From Hormiphora californensis (taxonomy: Eukaryota; Animalia; Ctenophora), in NCBI GenBank assembly GCA_020137815.1, contig CM035350.1:6386001-6450000 (forward strand): a stretch of DNA of 64,000 nt. The letters run 5' to 3'. A program made the translations under genes and the position numbers. Below the pieces are notes generated by a model. The model made no database searches, was not told where the DNA came from, and saw only the letters and a list, made by a program, of their open reading frames with translations. Shown in pieces: positions 26,187 through 41,141 of the stretch (its first letter is position 1; every line of letters begins with the position of its first letter).

Positions 26187-29140
26187 CGGGAGGTTGCGTT
26201 TACTGTCCACAGTGTATGTAATTTAGAAATTAATATTCAAGTAACGAGAATACAGGCAAGCTGACATACAGTACAGTTGTCGTGTATACATTCTGCAAGC
26301 CTGTAAGGGGGTAGAAGCGAGAGATGATTGCAGAGACTAGAGCACTATAGTAACTACTGCTGCAGGAGTTAATGAGGCTACAAGAATGATATCTCAATAA
26401 TTTGTCATTGTTTTACTGCAAGCACTGTATAACAGTGGACTGTCCAGTTTTCTACACCTTCACTATGTCTAGCATTTCTGCAAAATCCACCCTTATTTTG
26501 AATATAACGGAATATATGACGGACTGCATGATTTTTCAACCTCTGTCTGTCTTGAGTACGGTGAGAATAGAATAAGACGTGTGAAGGAGAGAGAGAGAGA
26601 TAGTGATTAGGGATGGGTATGCTCCGGTATGAGTGGTAAAATGAACGATCATGTTACCATTTATCTCTATCTTTATTCTCTCTCTCTTGTCTCTCTTTCT
26701 CTCTCTCCCTCTCTATCCATCTCTCAAATTCCTACACACTCCTACGGGGAGCACTCCTGATTAATTACATTAGAGGTCCCCTGATGGGCACTGGGTGGCC
26801 GATAAGATAATGTGGCCTCTTCTTTTTATCTTTTTTACGAGAGAGAAAGAGACGGAGGAATGAGGGGCACTTGGGTAATTTTGATTTAGGGCTACTGCAG
26901 CAGGTAGTTTCTAATAACATGGCACCAGTTTGGTTACGAAGTCACCTCTATTTCATTACCATGGTAACAGTTCCCCTACCAGTTACTGCACTTTATAGTT
27001 TCCCCAACCTAACGTACTACAAAGTGCATTACCTACTTTAATTCCATTCTCCCAAATTGCTCTAACACCATCCTTCTTTGTTGAGTAACAACCCATCCTT
27101 CCCAGGACAACCAGATACCCCCAACAAGGGCAGGGATACCAGCCCAACGGACAGAACAAACCTGCTAGATCTTGAAAATGGGGATGAGGATGAGAATGGA
27201 CTTTATCTTTTCAAGGTTTGATTTATTGGAAGTGTTCCTGATTTTAGTGGTTCATTACTTTCAACTCAGTAGTAACATCAAACACCACTGTATGCTGAGT
27301 GGATATGACACGTTTTGGGACATTCTTTTCACCTTCCGGGTGGCACATTATACTTTCGCTATCGTGTGAAATAGCTAATTGTTTAATTTAAACCAACACA
27401 AATAAACCATGGTGCACACATCACCCTACAGAGTGAGGCCAAGACAAAACCGAAGATGAGTACGTTTCTGCAGAGTTTAGGAACTTATGACACCACCCTC
27501 CAGATGAAGAAGACATCAGATGGGGTAAGTCAGATGAATAATACTTCTCTGAGTAGTGATAAATTCCCGCTCAATATCCGGGAATTTGGCGAGATAAAAT
27601 TATGGAACTGGACAATGGTCATTTAAAAGTTTTCCGTGGATTGTGTTTTCTCTCTGTTTCATTTTATGCGGTGAAGAGAGGGCGGTTATATGCAATTTCA
27701 AATAATGACTAGTTTTGTCGGGGATTTTTTTCTAGGGACCTGTGTGTCTAAACCAATGGCGAGGTAGTCATAATTCATGGTATTTTCAAGGTCTTTTAGT
27801 AAAATATTTTGGGAAAGAGGGAGAGAGAGAGAGAGAGAGAGAAGGTGAGAGAGATAAATACAACCTTGACTATGTGTTGGTTACGAAGTCACCCCTATTA
27901 TTGCATATAGGGGTGACAATACCGCCTACCTAAAAATGAAAATTTACAGGACCTTCTCATGAAAAGTTATCGAAAACTTGTCTAAAACCTATCTAAAACG
28001 TATGGTACTAGTTTGTATAGTAACCAGGACCTGAATTCTACAGAAAGTAACGACCGGTAGCGATTCCACCACATGTTTAACAACAGAGGTGTGTCGCAGA
28101 ACTCCTTATATGGGCATAAAATTCCAATCTTGTGGAATTTATTCTGACTCGACTATAGCTTAGTTATCAATGAATCCACCTCTAATACCTTTGGAATGGC
28201 ATTTTGCACATTTCTGAAGCTTTTTGTAGCCAAATTCCAGCATCTTCATAGTTTTCCAAAAACAAAAACAGTGTTAATGGCCAAAATATCGAAAAATTCC
28301 GGTATGTAAAGGTAGCTCAGACAATTTCCTCGGTATGTTCAAAAAATTAGAACTTTCTGTTTTGTAGTTTGGACACAGGAATTTTTTTCCCGCCGTACAA
28401 GCGATATTATTACCCCTCCGTGAGCTAGCGCAGAGGGGGAATTTCATTACCAAGACTATGTGATAGTGTGAATGTAGCATTCTCTCTATCTACCATAGAA
28501 ATGTTGACCGTGTGACAAAGCACACGCTCTATAACAGTATCTGGCTGAATTATATACATGCAGAATCTCCATAATTCTCATAGTAGGCCAATCTATGAAG
28601 TTTTAAAATATGATAGCAAGTACGATTCACTGATTTGACACATGAAAATTTGAATCAGTAACCATTCGTTACATAATCAATGATAATTAGGGGAGAGGTT
28701 TCACAATCAGTTATTTACGACTGTCTTTAGGCCTTCAAGGTACAATGGGAGTTCATTCAATGGATATGATTTACAGTTTCTAGAGGTTTCTATCATACCA
28801 CAAGTGTCTTTCCCTCCCTTTCTCTCACCATCTTTCCGGTGTGTCTCTATGATCCCATTCAATCTGAATAATGTTAACATGCACATGATCGATCCTCGCC
28901 AGGCACACATACATATCACTGCAGCACTGGCCTACTTAGGGTGTCCCTCACCCCTTACACATAACTTGCTCACAAAGTAGGGACCTCCACCTATTATAAT
29001 ACTCAACAAATCCTCCATTACATATTCCCAAATACAATTGATTGTTGATATCCTAGTTCCTACTTCAAAAACAGTTTGTCACCTTATGCATATTGTGTGA
29101 ACTTTTAAAAAGAGTAGTACATGCTCATAGACATACACAC

Positions 29141-29221
<81 letters not shown>

Positions 29222-29388
29222 AGAAAGAGAGAAAGAGAGAAAGAGAGAAAGAGAGAAAGAGAGAAAGAGAGAAAGAGGGAGGAGAGAGATAGTCTATGTA
29301 TGAGGCTCCAAGAAATGCTCATTAATCAACGAAAGCTGTAACACAGCATGCTGACATAGCTTGGAGGGATAGAGAGAGAGAGAGAGAT

Positions 29389-29465
<77 letters not shown>

Positions 29466-32400
29466 AGAGAGAGGGAGAGAGCTAAGTGTTATGCAAGTTG
29501 TGTCACCCCAGGGGGACCCATATTAGAACTAAATGGCATAACATACATATATATGTCACTCGGCTAGAGGACAGTGACTTCCTCAAAGGACATCTTTCCA
29601 CGTAGTAGACCCTTCTTGAGTCCTTCGTCCAACCCCGCTACCAACTTGGTAACGAAATTATCCCCACCCCCATACAGTCTTCGTAATTTTGGTGTGCTTG
29701 CAAGGTAGCTGTTGTAGGAGTAACTTTAACACCAAGCTATACTACCCACTTAGGCCTGGGGCCTGAGCAATGAGTTTACAGCTTCTTAGGAGAAAGAGCG
29801 AACTTTGATATATGAATAGTTGTTCGTTGCACGGATATTAATAATATCATCATCATATTATCAAGGTCGGACTACAGTATGTAATACAGGTGTTTGAGAG
29901 ATACTGATAGCATTGATAGCATTAAAACTTCGTAACTGTCTCGAGATACTTGCTGGGAGAGAGAATATCAATTCAATATCAAAGTCCCATACTGCGTTTT
30001 GCCCCTTTCTGGAACGCGCGAGCTGCAAAGAGTAGTGAGAGTTGCAAGTACAAGCGCTAACTGTAACAGGACGCGCGCAGTGAGGCATGCCAATACTGTC
30101 GATTCGGGAGCTCCAGCCTCCAAGTCCATCGTGGGACCCGTCTAACTAACCAAAGTCTTTTAAATTAGGTTCTTGATTTTAACCAACTCCTCCCCCAGGC
30201 GAACCTGAGTACACTGATGGGTGTGTACTTTCCCTGTCTGCAGAACATTCTCGGTGTGATATTGTTCATCAGGATGCCATGGATTGTAGGCATGGCGGGG
30301 GTCGTTCAGTCACTTTGTATCATTGGAACCTGCTCCCTTGTTGTAAGTATGTATTGGGTTTCAGGGTTTGTGATGTACGGGTACATGTTTCGAGAGAGGG
30401 GGACGGGGGACCTGTTGGCATGTTCCTTGCCTGTCAGCTCTCACACCGGGCCTTCGGCCCGGTGTGAGCTTACGTGAGCCCGAAGTCCGAGGCGCTTAAA
30501 GTGCCGAACAGACAGACTGCGTAGCATGGCAAGGGACCGGGGAAAGGGTCGAGTACGCCACAAAACTAACTCGAATTCCCCAGACGTTCCTGACGGCCAT
30601 TTCAACAAGTGCAATTGCAACAAATGGAGTTGTTCCTGCTGGTGGAAGTTACTTTATGATAAGTCGGGCATTGGGGCCCCAGTTCGGGGGGTCAGTTGGT
30701 ATCATCTTCTTTCTTGGTACATCCTTTGCAGCCAGCATGTACATTACCGGTGCCATCGAGATTCTTCTGGTGGGTTTTATTGCTGCAGTCTGTTTAGTTA
30801 CTACTACCTTTCACTCTACCTAACCTCACTCTACCTTCATTCTACCACCTAGAACACTGAACCCCCCCTGTCCATGACACCTCTCTCCTTCATTTCAGAA
30901 TTATCTGGTGCCCGCGATGAACATATTCCCCAACAAATGGAACAACATGCGCCTCTTTGGGGCGTGCATGCTCGTGCTGATGGTCGGGATCGTAGGGGTC
31001 GGGGTGAGAATCGTAAGTGTATGGGGCTTTGAATATTTTTAGTAGGGTAATAAATGAATTTGGATTTAATATTCTCAGAGATAAAAGCCCCCCCCCCCCT
31101 TAATTTATTTCCTATCTCCTACAGGTTAATAAGCTAGCAACCGTGTTCCTAGCCTGCGTCATCCTCTCCATCTTGTCCATCTGGGTGGGCATCCTGGGCT
31201 CCCTTGGCTCCCAGGAGGTATGTATGATGACCCAGGACACAGCAAATGGTACTGCCCACTTCCTCGCAAGTTACAGTGGGTTAAACTGTACGGATAATGG
31301 AGGGGTGCTCACGGGCGGGCTGACCAAGCTGACAGACGGGGAGAATTTCATGGACAACCTCGGACCGTACTACATGAAAACTGGAGAGGTCGCGCCAGGG
31401 GTGGCAGTTGAAGATAAAGAGTTTGATGTGTATAGTGACCTGACTACCTCCTTTACCATTCTCCTAGCCATCTTCTTCCCCTCCTGTACCGGTATGTTGA
31501 ATCTTAGAGCCCAGGTTTTATACAGACCTATTTCATAGTGTTCAGAGTCTCTCACGCGGCGTCAAATAGTGTGTACTGCAGCAGCAGCCCCAACTTCCTA
31601 TTTAATATATTAATTAATATTAATAATAATTAACTTCAGGTATCATGGCGGGTAGCAACAGGTCGGGTGATCTGGCAAATGCCCAAACGAGTATTCCGAA
31701 AGGTACTCTGGGTGCCCAAGTAACCACCACTATCATCTATCTGGTCACTGCCGTCCTGTGTGGTGCAGCCGCTACTAGAGAAGGTAGGTTCGAAAACTAG
31801 ATGCTTAACTGATCAAGTATAAATAACTGATCAAGTATAAATAACTGATCAAGTATAAATAACTGATCAAGTATAAATAACTGCTAATTCCCACGTTTTT
31901 TCAGTTTTGATAGACAAGTACGGTGACAGCATTAACGGTGGTCTGATCATGTCCCTGATCGCCTTCCCTCACCCCTATGTGGTGCTTATTGGATGTCTTC
32001 TCTCAACAATTGGAGCAGGTCTCCAGTCCCTAGTTGGTGCCCCTCGGCTTCTCTACGCCATTGCCTCAGATGATGTGATCCCTGCAATCAAGTTCTTCGG
32101 TGTTATCAGTGGCAATGGGGAGCCCCTCCGAGCTCTCTTTTGCACATTCTGTATTGCCAGTATTGGTATTGCTATTGGTAACGTGGACTACATCGCCCCG
32201 ATTATCACCATGTTCTTCTTGGTCTGTTATGCGTGTGTAAATCTGGCGTGTACCTTACAGAGCGTCCTAAGGGCCCCCAACTGGAGACCGCGGTTCACTC
32301 TCTACCACTGGAGTACCTCACTCCTAGGTCTCATTCTCTGTCTCACCCTCATGTTTATCAGTAACTGGATGTATGCATTTGTAGCACTGGCCATCGCCGG

Positions 32401-35181
32401 AGCTATCTACAAGTATATTGATTACAAGGGCGCCGAGAAGGAATGGGGAGATGGGATAAGGGGTTTGGAGCTACAGGCAGCACGGTACTCCCTCCTAGCG
32501 GCTGACCACCAGTCTTGTCATGTTAAAAACTGGCGACCTCAGCTTCTCGTTCTGTTGTCGTACAAAGAGAACCTGACCGCTGACAACATCGGACTGCTAT
32601 CCTTTGTGAGGTGCCTGAAACATGGTAATGGGTTGGTAATCGTTGGTACCGTGGTTCCATATGATCTGATCCAGCTGATAGACGATGACAATGTTCTTGA
32701 GAAGCAGAGGAGGTTGCTGAAGGAGGGGTTGAAGACCCACAAACTGGAGGGTTTTATACAGGTGACGTGTGAGGAGAGCATACCCAAAGGGACCACCACC
32801 CTTCTCCAGACTGCAGGACTAGGTGGGCTGAAACCCAACACCATCCTCATGGGCTGGCCTGAACACTGGAAGACAAAGAACAGCTATGAGAATTTCAGTC
32901 GAGTTGTCAGGTTAGTAGTTAGTTTATACCAGTTGTATCCATTACCATGGTTACCAGTTGTTTCCGTTAGTGCTACCATGGTTACCAGTTGTATCGATTA
33001 CCATGGTTACTATGGTTGTTTCCAATGTCATCTACTTTTTTGAGACTTCTCCAACCCTATTTCCAGGTGTGCAAATGTCCTGAATCAATCAGTTCTGGTA
33101 GCTAGGGGAGCTTTCCCCAAACGAAAGGAGAAGTTGGCTGGTTCAATTGATCTGTGGTGGGTGGTGCACGATGGGGGTATGATGTTGCTGCTTGCCCATC
33201 TGATTAGACAACACAAGACCTGGTCCAGGTGTAGACTGAGAATCTTTACTGTTGCTCAGGTGATGATGACAACACACTGACAAAATGACATACTTATATA
33301 ACGACACGTTACTATGGGAACTACTACTACATCAGCAGCACTGACTGAAAAAGGATTGAATCGACACCATGAATGCAGGGTACTACAACTGTAACAACTT
33401 GAACTACGCTAAGACGATGACTGGTCAATCAACCCTCACAATGTGAGGTTCACACCTCAAATTTAGAGTTACTATGGTTACCAAATTTACAGTTAGAAGA
33501 CGACAGCGTGAAGATGAAAAGTGATTTAAAGAAGATTTTGTACGAGCTAAGGATTGATGCAACCGTTCAAGTCATTGAAATGGTATGTGTGCTACCTTTA
33601 TTTACCATGATACCTCTAATATGTAGGTCTTGAAATGAAATGGGCTATTCACTTTATCCCTGCCTTGCTCAACCCTGTTTCACCGCGCCCCGCCCGGAAA
33701 CAAATGTAAAGGAGGGTTAGAACTTAACTTTAACACTCAACAGTGTAACCAAGACATATCAGCGTACACTTATGAACGGACAGTCGGAATGGCGGAGCGA
33801 AACAAGATCATGGAGAAAATGGGACTCACAAAACGGGTAAGTGTGTTTCTGTTAGATGTCCCAACTTAATTGAGTCGCCTGACACTGTGTCAAGACTAAA
33901 AGGTATGAAAAATTCAAATCCCATCCCAAACTTGAAACTCGAACTATCACGGCATCACCCCCCCCCCGCTCTCTCCAGCAACAAAAGAGGACCCTATCCT
34001 TTGTGGTGGACAGTGCCCATACCCCCGGAACGAGCGGGACGGATGCCATTGACCGGGAAACTGATAACAATCACCATGGTTCCTATCACCCGGCCGAAGG
34101 TACTATATTAATAATATACCAGCTGATCTCTTTCTGTTATATTGCATGTCTGCGGGTTGATTGAGCTGTTGCAGGAACCGACCGACACAAGTAAAAAACC
34201 AATCAGAACTCGTTATTTAGGTCACGTGACTGGTTATCAGCCAATCAGGGACCAGTATTTCCTAATTCGGTCGGTTCCTGAGCTGTTGCATGTTTGTGTG
34301 TTGATCTGATTCCACAGCATGTTTGTCAGGATCAGGTGGGGAATTGTCAGGGATTGCAGCACCTGCAGGGGTACAGGGTGATCTATCAAGCCCAGGGTGT
34401 GTTTTGCCAGCCGTTTCCGTGGCAACAGAGGATCTCTCTCATGGCGGTTCTTTACCAGGTGTTCCGGAGGAAGGCCCAGATTCGGAGATGGTAATTCAGG
34501 ATGAGGAGGAAAAAAGTTAGTTTGTGTGAAATTATACACGTGTAGTTATTGAATGTTTGCACGTGCATGCAGGCGCTGCTAATAATAAATCCACATATTT
34601 CATGAACCACGCTAATATGTTTTATCCCTGTTTAGTAAAAGTGAGACATAGTCAGCTGCCCACTGACGCGCTCTTGGCGATGGACACCAGTGTCAAGTTG
34701 AATCGGTTGGTGAAGGAGTATTCAGATTCAGCCTCAATGGTCATGTTGAACATGCCCCCTCCACCCCATTACAAGGACGCTATGACTGGTAAGATAGGGG
34801 GAGAGCAATATATCAGATCTAACTCGTGAACTGTTCATAATTTATTATTTTGGGGGACAAGAACAGCACTGTGATTTGTTTAGATGGTATCAGGATCCAT
34901 TGTTACGTTGGGTCCTTAATAAAACACCCCAACACAGATCAGAACTATGTAGAGTATCTGGATGTGCTGACTGAGGGTCTACCAAGAGTCCTCCTAGTAC
35001 GGGGATCAGGAACAGAGGTGAGTGTGTGATCTACCAATATGTTGTTAGGATACTGAATATGTCCATTAGTTATGCAAATCATGACGGAGAAGAGAATCAT
35101 AAACAGGTCACCATCATCATGATCATTCAGCTACACCATGATTTTAATTTCTTGTTTCAGGTGGTCACCGTGTATTCCTGA
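25561..35181 (+). CDS. K-Cl cotransporter (SLC12A4-7/KCC family), ~16 exons
   Basis: Exons give [127 protein letters not shown] and [15 protein letters not shown]. Exon 1 (25561-25800) appears to need a one-base correction near 25737, so the 5' end is less certain. Confidence 0.93.
34172..34280. mobile_element. hAT-type MITE copy 2, 8-bp TSD AGCTGTTG, in a KCC intron
   Basis: Same TIR and body as 16119-16227 with a different 8-bp TSD. Confidence 0.88.
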
Positions 35182-35949
35182 AATGGAACTACTACACTAT
35201 AACTGGGGACAGAGCTTCACAGAGAATCTGATGCCCAGTTAACTATATATCCCAAGACGTGCTCAATATAAATCATGTGTATTGAGCATGCTGGTGCAAA
35301 AACATTCATGTACGGACTTATTTAATTCAATCACAATCCTCAGTTATATATTCTCAATCAGACACCTAATTTATTATTAATTTGATTTGTGGAGAGAGTG
35401 TAAATAATTAAAAACTCAACTCAAAATGATTTTAAACCTTATTTTATAGCAAATATTATTACTAAATCACTATTTCCGGATGATAAAATCTGTAAAAATT
35501 TCAAGCTGGGATCCCCCGCTCCCTAGAAGTAGAAGTAGATCAGAGTGATAATCATAATGGTAGTGAAGATTAGAATTAGAATTATACAATTAGTAAATGA
35601 TACTGATTTATTTTGTTACTCAAGTTCAACTAGATTTATTGTAAAAATGTTTCATATACGGTATGTATACATATTACATAGTCATACTCACAGTAGTTCA
35701 TATACAAAGAGTGAAATTGTAATTTTATTCCTAGCTTGGGATTTCTGCACACAGTTGATTCTTTTAAAACCAGACTTTTATTTCTATTTTAATTTGTCTG
35801 AATTCAAACGCGCGAAATATTTCATTATTCTCTGCTTTTAAACGCGCAGCGCGGCGCTGAATTAAAACACTTCGGCCGAGTTCATAAATTTTGAATTTTG
35901 AAGTTTTGGCGTTCCGGGCCGTGTTGAAAATTTGTTTTCTTCAACTTTT

Positions 35950-36536
35950 TTGGAATGCGCTGCAGCCCCCTCATGCGCGCACCCCCGCAACGAGGGGACT
36001 GAAGGGAATGCCGCGCGCGCGTTTGGCCTGAGCTCAGGACGGGCCCAGCTGAGTCGAAGATAACTTTGCGAGCGAAAAAACGGCGGTGCTTATAACTTTG
36101 GCCCCTGAAGTCCGTTTGACTTGATTCTTTCACTAGCTGTTAGATCTGACAATTATCTACCTTGCTGTTTTTGAGAGAAGTTAATTGGACTTCAGGAAGC
36201 TGAGCAATAACCGTTCAAAGATGGGTTGTTTTCAAAAAGTGACGTCACGATTTTCCAACGTATGCCAAGTTTCAAATTTGAATTAAAATCTCGAATTTTT
36301 TTATTTTACCGCACTCGATTTTGCGGAGTTTGGTTCATATCTCCTGTTCCTGATAAGATAGAGACCTGAAACCGGTTGCATTTGAAAGCTGTTATCTTCC
36401 TCTTTCCAACGCTACCAAAACGATTTCTGTACCTTATCTGGAACCGGAGATATGATTGATTATGCATTCCCCCCTAGCGCGGTATTCCCTCCAGGCCCCT
36501 TATATTATATTATAAGGGGCCTGCAACGTATGCCAA
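35950..36536. mobile_element. Mutator-like element copy 2, 9-bp TSD TCAACTTTT
   Basis: Near-identical to 23217-23795 with its own 9-bp TSD. Confidence 0.85.
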
Positions 36537-37191
36537 TCAACTTTTGGTCTCCGGATCACTTTCATATCATTCGTAGGAAATCGGTAAATGATAGTGATTG
36601 CCCTTTAATAGCTAGATGCATTTTTGGCTCACCCCGAGTAATTGGCTTCGCGAGAACTATGCCTTTCTTAGAGAGATTCAGAGCGTGGCTTTGCCGCTTG
36701 TTTCCCCAAACACAGCTACCAGTTCTCCCATGATCGAAACATTGGTTCGGTTGGCCAAAATAGTATTCAAAAAAAAGAACGAAGCAGCTGCTAAAGTGTA
36801 GAAACCGATGCAGACTAGATCAGCGAGTCGCTGACAGCGACCGGGCCGGGCAATAGATTCTATCACAGAGACCAGAGTCCATCTTGTTAAATATCAGATC
36901 AGATCATCAGTCATCACATGTCAAAGATCCAGACAGCAGATTGAAAATAATGCGGAATAATGCGGAATGTTTGGTAAAGTAGGGGAGTCTACTTCACAAG
37001 CATTCTTTTGTTCCACCCGAGCCCACTGGCCACTAATCACATTTTGTTTCCTGTCATTGACCATTGTGTTGTCTGTTTTTTGTTTTATTTTATTATCTGT
37101 TCATGGTATTGTCCCTGATGTAAAGATATCTTTATTTCAACTTATATCCCTCAAGTAGGATGTAGCGAGAGCGAGAGGGAACAGAGCAAAC

Positions 37192-39191
37192 ATGTCAGAT
37201 ATGTTTGGGGGATTGGTTATCCTCTCTGCAGGGACCCTCTATCCCGCCTACTCGTCCTATAAAGCAGTAAAGACAAAGAACACCCGGGAGTATGTCAAGT
37301 GGATGATGTACTGGATTGTATTTGCATTCTTCAACGCAATCACCATGTTTACTGACGTCTTCGTATCCTGGTTCCCGGGATACTATCTTTTCAAGACTCT
37401 CTTCATCATTTGGCTTGTTTCCCCCGCAACACGGGTAATTCATATCTGTCAACAACTCTTATCTCTCTTTATTATCTCATTTTATTTCCCATCTCTGACG
37501 TTATTTTGCTTCCTCCTATTTGAGGAGATGAGATGTGCTGCCATATAACATATTGTCCTCTCCCAAAAACAGTTGTATTCTAACTACATCGATTATATTG
37601 CAGGGTTCCACCTACCTATACAAGAAAGTCCTACATCCGACTCTCCGGCAAAACGAAGAGAAGATCGATAATGCTATAGAGAATATCAAGGAGCGAGGTT
37701 ATGATTACACATCTCAATATGCGAGATTGGCGATGCAAAACTTTAGCAGAAGCCTTATGGAAGCCGTATTCAAGGTTTTTATGATTTTATGTACTTTATG
37801 TATTTTATGTGCTTACACACAGGATCGTACTGCAGTACTCCGATCATGTATGCAGTGTACATTGTACCTACTAGGTAGTTACTACATTTTACTGTACATG
37901 GGGAATGTACCCGAATGTACGCGGAAGCGCCCTCTTTACCCCCTAAGTATTCGAGTGCTCACCAATTAATTATCTTTGCAGGGCCAGGTTATGATTGCAG
38001 ACCAGATGCAGCGACAATACATTCAACAGGCCACCGTGAGTCCCCCATCACTATGGTCACACCACGGTGTAGAGCTGTGGTTACCATGGTGACTACGTGT
38101 GTCTTTTGTGGTTGTCCGGGTTCATTAGATTTTATTATCAGCCCCCACACGGTGTCCCTCTCTTCCCCCCCTCTCTCTCTCCCCCTCTCTCTCTCAGCTC
38201 TCTCTCCATCTCTCCCTGCACTCTCTCCTCTCTCCCCCTCTCTCCCCCTCTCTCTCCCTCACACTAACACGATAACACAGGCGCCCATGATGGGTAACAG
38301 CACGGATGGCCGGCAGATCGACCAGCCCCAGCGGTCCTCCGCCCCGGACGATGGTCGTCTGTACCGGGTTGACAGCCAGATGTTTGAAATGGACGATAAT
38401 TATGAGGATCTGGACTCCGATCTTGTACGTGTAACTGATATCTGTGTGTGTTTCAGGTTGGGGAGTATGAGGGTGCCAGGGTGCTTTCCAGTACCACATA
38501 TGTGTATGATGGGGAGCGGGTCATGGCACACCCAGAACAAACTATGACGTCACAACCACAATCACAACCACCATCACAACCACCGGCACCCCACATTGAA
38601 GAGGTGTTTGAATGGGATGATCAGTTTGAGGAACCACCTCCCACCAGTTCTAGTAAACATCAACACAAAGTTGTAAGAGAAGTCACAATATGCAACTTTA
38701 GAGAGCGCTCTAATAGAGCTCTTCAGATATCCTGTTATCTCTCTGACTTTCACTCTCACTTTTGCTTGCATTGTTTAAAACATCATCTTTAAATTCATGA
38801 TACCCTTGTCTCATTTCACACTTATTTCACCAGCTTCATGAATAAATTCACAGTATCTAGCATTCCTTTCTCTCTCCACATCTCCATAATAATATTCCTT
38901 TCTCTCCGTATATTTCGCATAGTTTTCACTTGAGCCCTGTTGACAGCACGAGGGAAACAGTGGGCGGCTAACTGCCCTTAGTTCGGTTTGGGGGAACGTA
39001 CACTAGATGTTTCATTATGGAATGTGACCCACACCTCCCCACATCAGAGTCCAGCCCGGGAGAGAAGGAGAAAGACAAAGGGTACAAGGCCTGTATCAAT
39101 GCCCCCACCCACTATTGATGAGGACCTGCCTTATGATGAGGGATCTGTATCCGATCCGGAATACCTTCCCGAACCAGTAGAGAAGCCACAG
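37192..39191 (+). CDS. REEP1-4-like ER-shaping protein (TB2/DP1/HVA22 family), N-terminal and middle exons
   Basis: [64 protein letters not shown]...EEKID, followed by low-complexity exons. Confidence 0.92.
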
Positions 39192-40553
39192 GTACGTGAC
39201 TTAGTATACTGGATACTGGGTAGTGGGTACGTGACTTAGTGTTATACTGGGTAGTGGGTACGTGACTTAGTGTACTGGGTACTGGGTACGTGACTTGTAT
39301 TTGATTGGAGTTTGTAGTTGTGTCTGTGTGATTTGTCAAAGTTGGTATCAATCAGTACAGCATCAAATCAGTAGATCTGAAGTATTATTATTGCAATTTA
39401 CATTGCTATCCAGTATTCTCACCAGATTTACATTGCCTATAAAAATAATATTATTCACGAACCTGGGTTACATTCCCCTAGTCTAGTGCAGCAGTCAATC
39501 AGACTCGAACACTTTGCACCTTCAAGAAATGTATGCAGTTTAAGCACACATATATCGCATTGAGATATCTCATGACTGTAAGAGAAGTGTGCATGTGACA
39601 GTGTGATGTTTTATTCACCGTCAAATATCCACCGTTACCATGCATCATATAATCATGATAATCAACATACAGAACTTTTACAAAATGAACACCTTCACTA
39701 TTTCTGATATAATATACATCACTTCTCTTAAGTCTTCTCTTCATTTCTCGGTCACCTAGCTGCCGTAACCTATAGCTGAAGAAGTAAATCACCTAGCTGC
39801 AGTAACCTATAGCTGAAGAAGTGCTTCATTGGTTGTGAAAATTCTCACACATGTTGGGAATGTTTGTGAGACGACTGAGAGGGAGAGATAGATAAACAGA
39901 GGGAGAAAGAGGCGCAGGGAGAGAGACATAAAACACGAGAGATACATTTGATACAGCTAGAGAATGATATTGAAGATAGAAAGATAGTCAGAAAGGTGGG
40001 TCTCCTTGACCATTGGCCACACAGTACTACACCCAATTCGGCCTATTATTAGTCTATTAGTCTACTGTCACAGTGTCATTGATTAGATTGTCTTATTCTA
40101 CATCTGCACACAGACACAGCACAGACATACACAATGCAACACAGCTGTCACAATCACGTTCTTACATCATTGGTGACGACATATATATATCATTGATTGG
40201 GCATGGCATAATTACTGTTTCTGTATGAAGCTACGTGAAGCAGCTGGTCAGAGAGTATGAGAAAATATGACATATGTAAAGACCTTGCAAGATGAGTAGA
40301 GTATTTGGCGTGAAGAGAGAAAAAGATTCGCTAGGAGCTGAGAGAAAAAGATTCGCTAGGAGCTGAGAGAAAAGATTCGCTAGGAGATGAGAGGATATGA
40401 CTGGTCAAGAGCGAGATGAATAGTTTCCTGCAAGAAAGAAAATGTTTTGGCAAATATTAATTACACCAAGAACATCACTACATAGGGACTAAGACGGTAT
40501 TATTTTTGGGAGTATGGAGTGTTCACACAATTATAGCGTGAGGATGGTAGGCA

Positions 40554-40592
<39 letters not shown>

Positions 40593-40603
40593 AGAGAGAG
40601 GAG

Positions 40604-40645
<42 letters not shown>

Positions 40646-40769
40646 GAGAGAGAGAGAGAGAGAGGAGGAGAGAGAGGAGAGAGAGCAGAGAGAGAGAGAG
40701 AGAGAGAGAGCAGAGAGAGAGATAGAGATAGCGAGAGAGAGCGAGAGAGAGAAGAGAGAGAGAGAAGAG

Positions 40770-40804
<35 letters not shown>

Positions 40805-40901
40805 TATACGAGCAGAGAAGAGTAGGAGAGAGCGAGAGAGCGAGAGAGGCGACGCTTCGAGCAGAGAGCGGAGATGAGAGAAGAAAAGGGTTTGTAGGAT
40901 G

Positions 40902-40934
<33 letters not shown>

Positions 40935-41141
40935 AGTCATGTGATGAATATTACCCAAAATAAACACTCAAACCGCCGTCTATGACAGGCTGAGCTCAAA
41001 CGAAGGCACAGCTCGGCGGTGGTGAGCGGAGAGAAAACGAAGAAAAGTGTGAGTATAATGACTAATGAACCCCCATGACCATGTTGTGTGTGAGCATGCT
41101 GTGTGATATAACATGAACCCACCCCCTGCTGTGTGTGAGCA

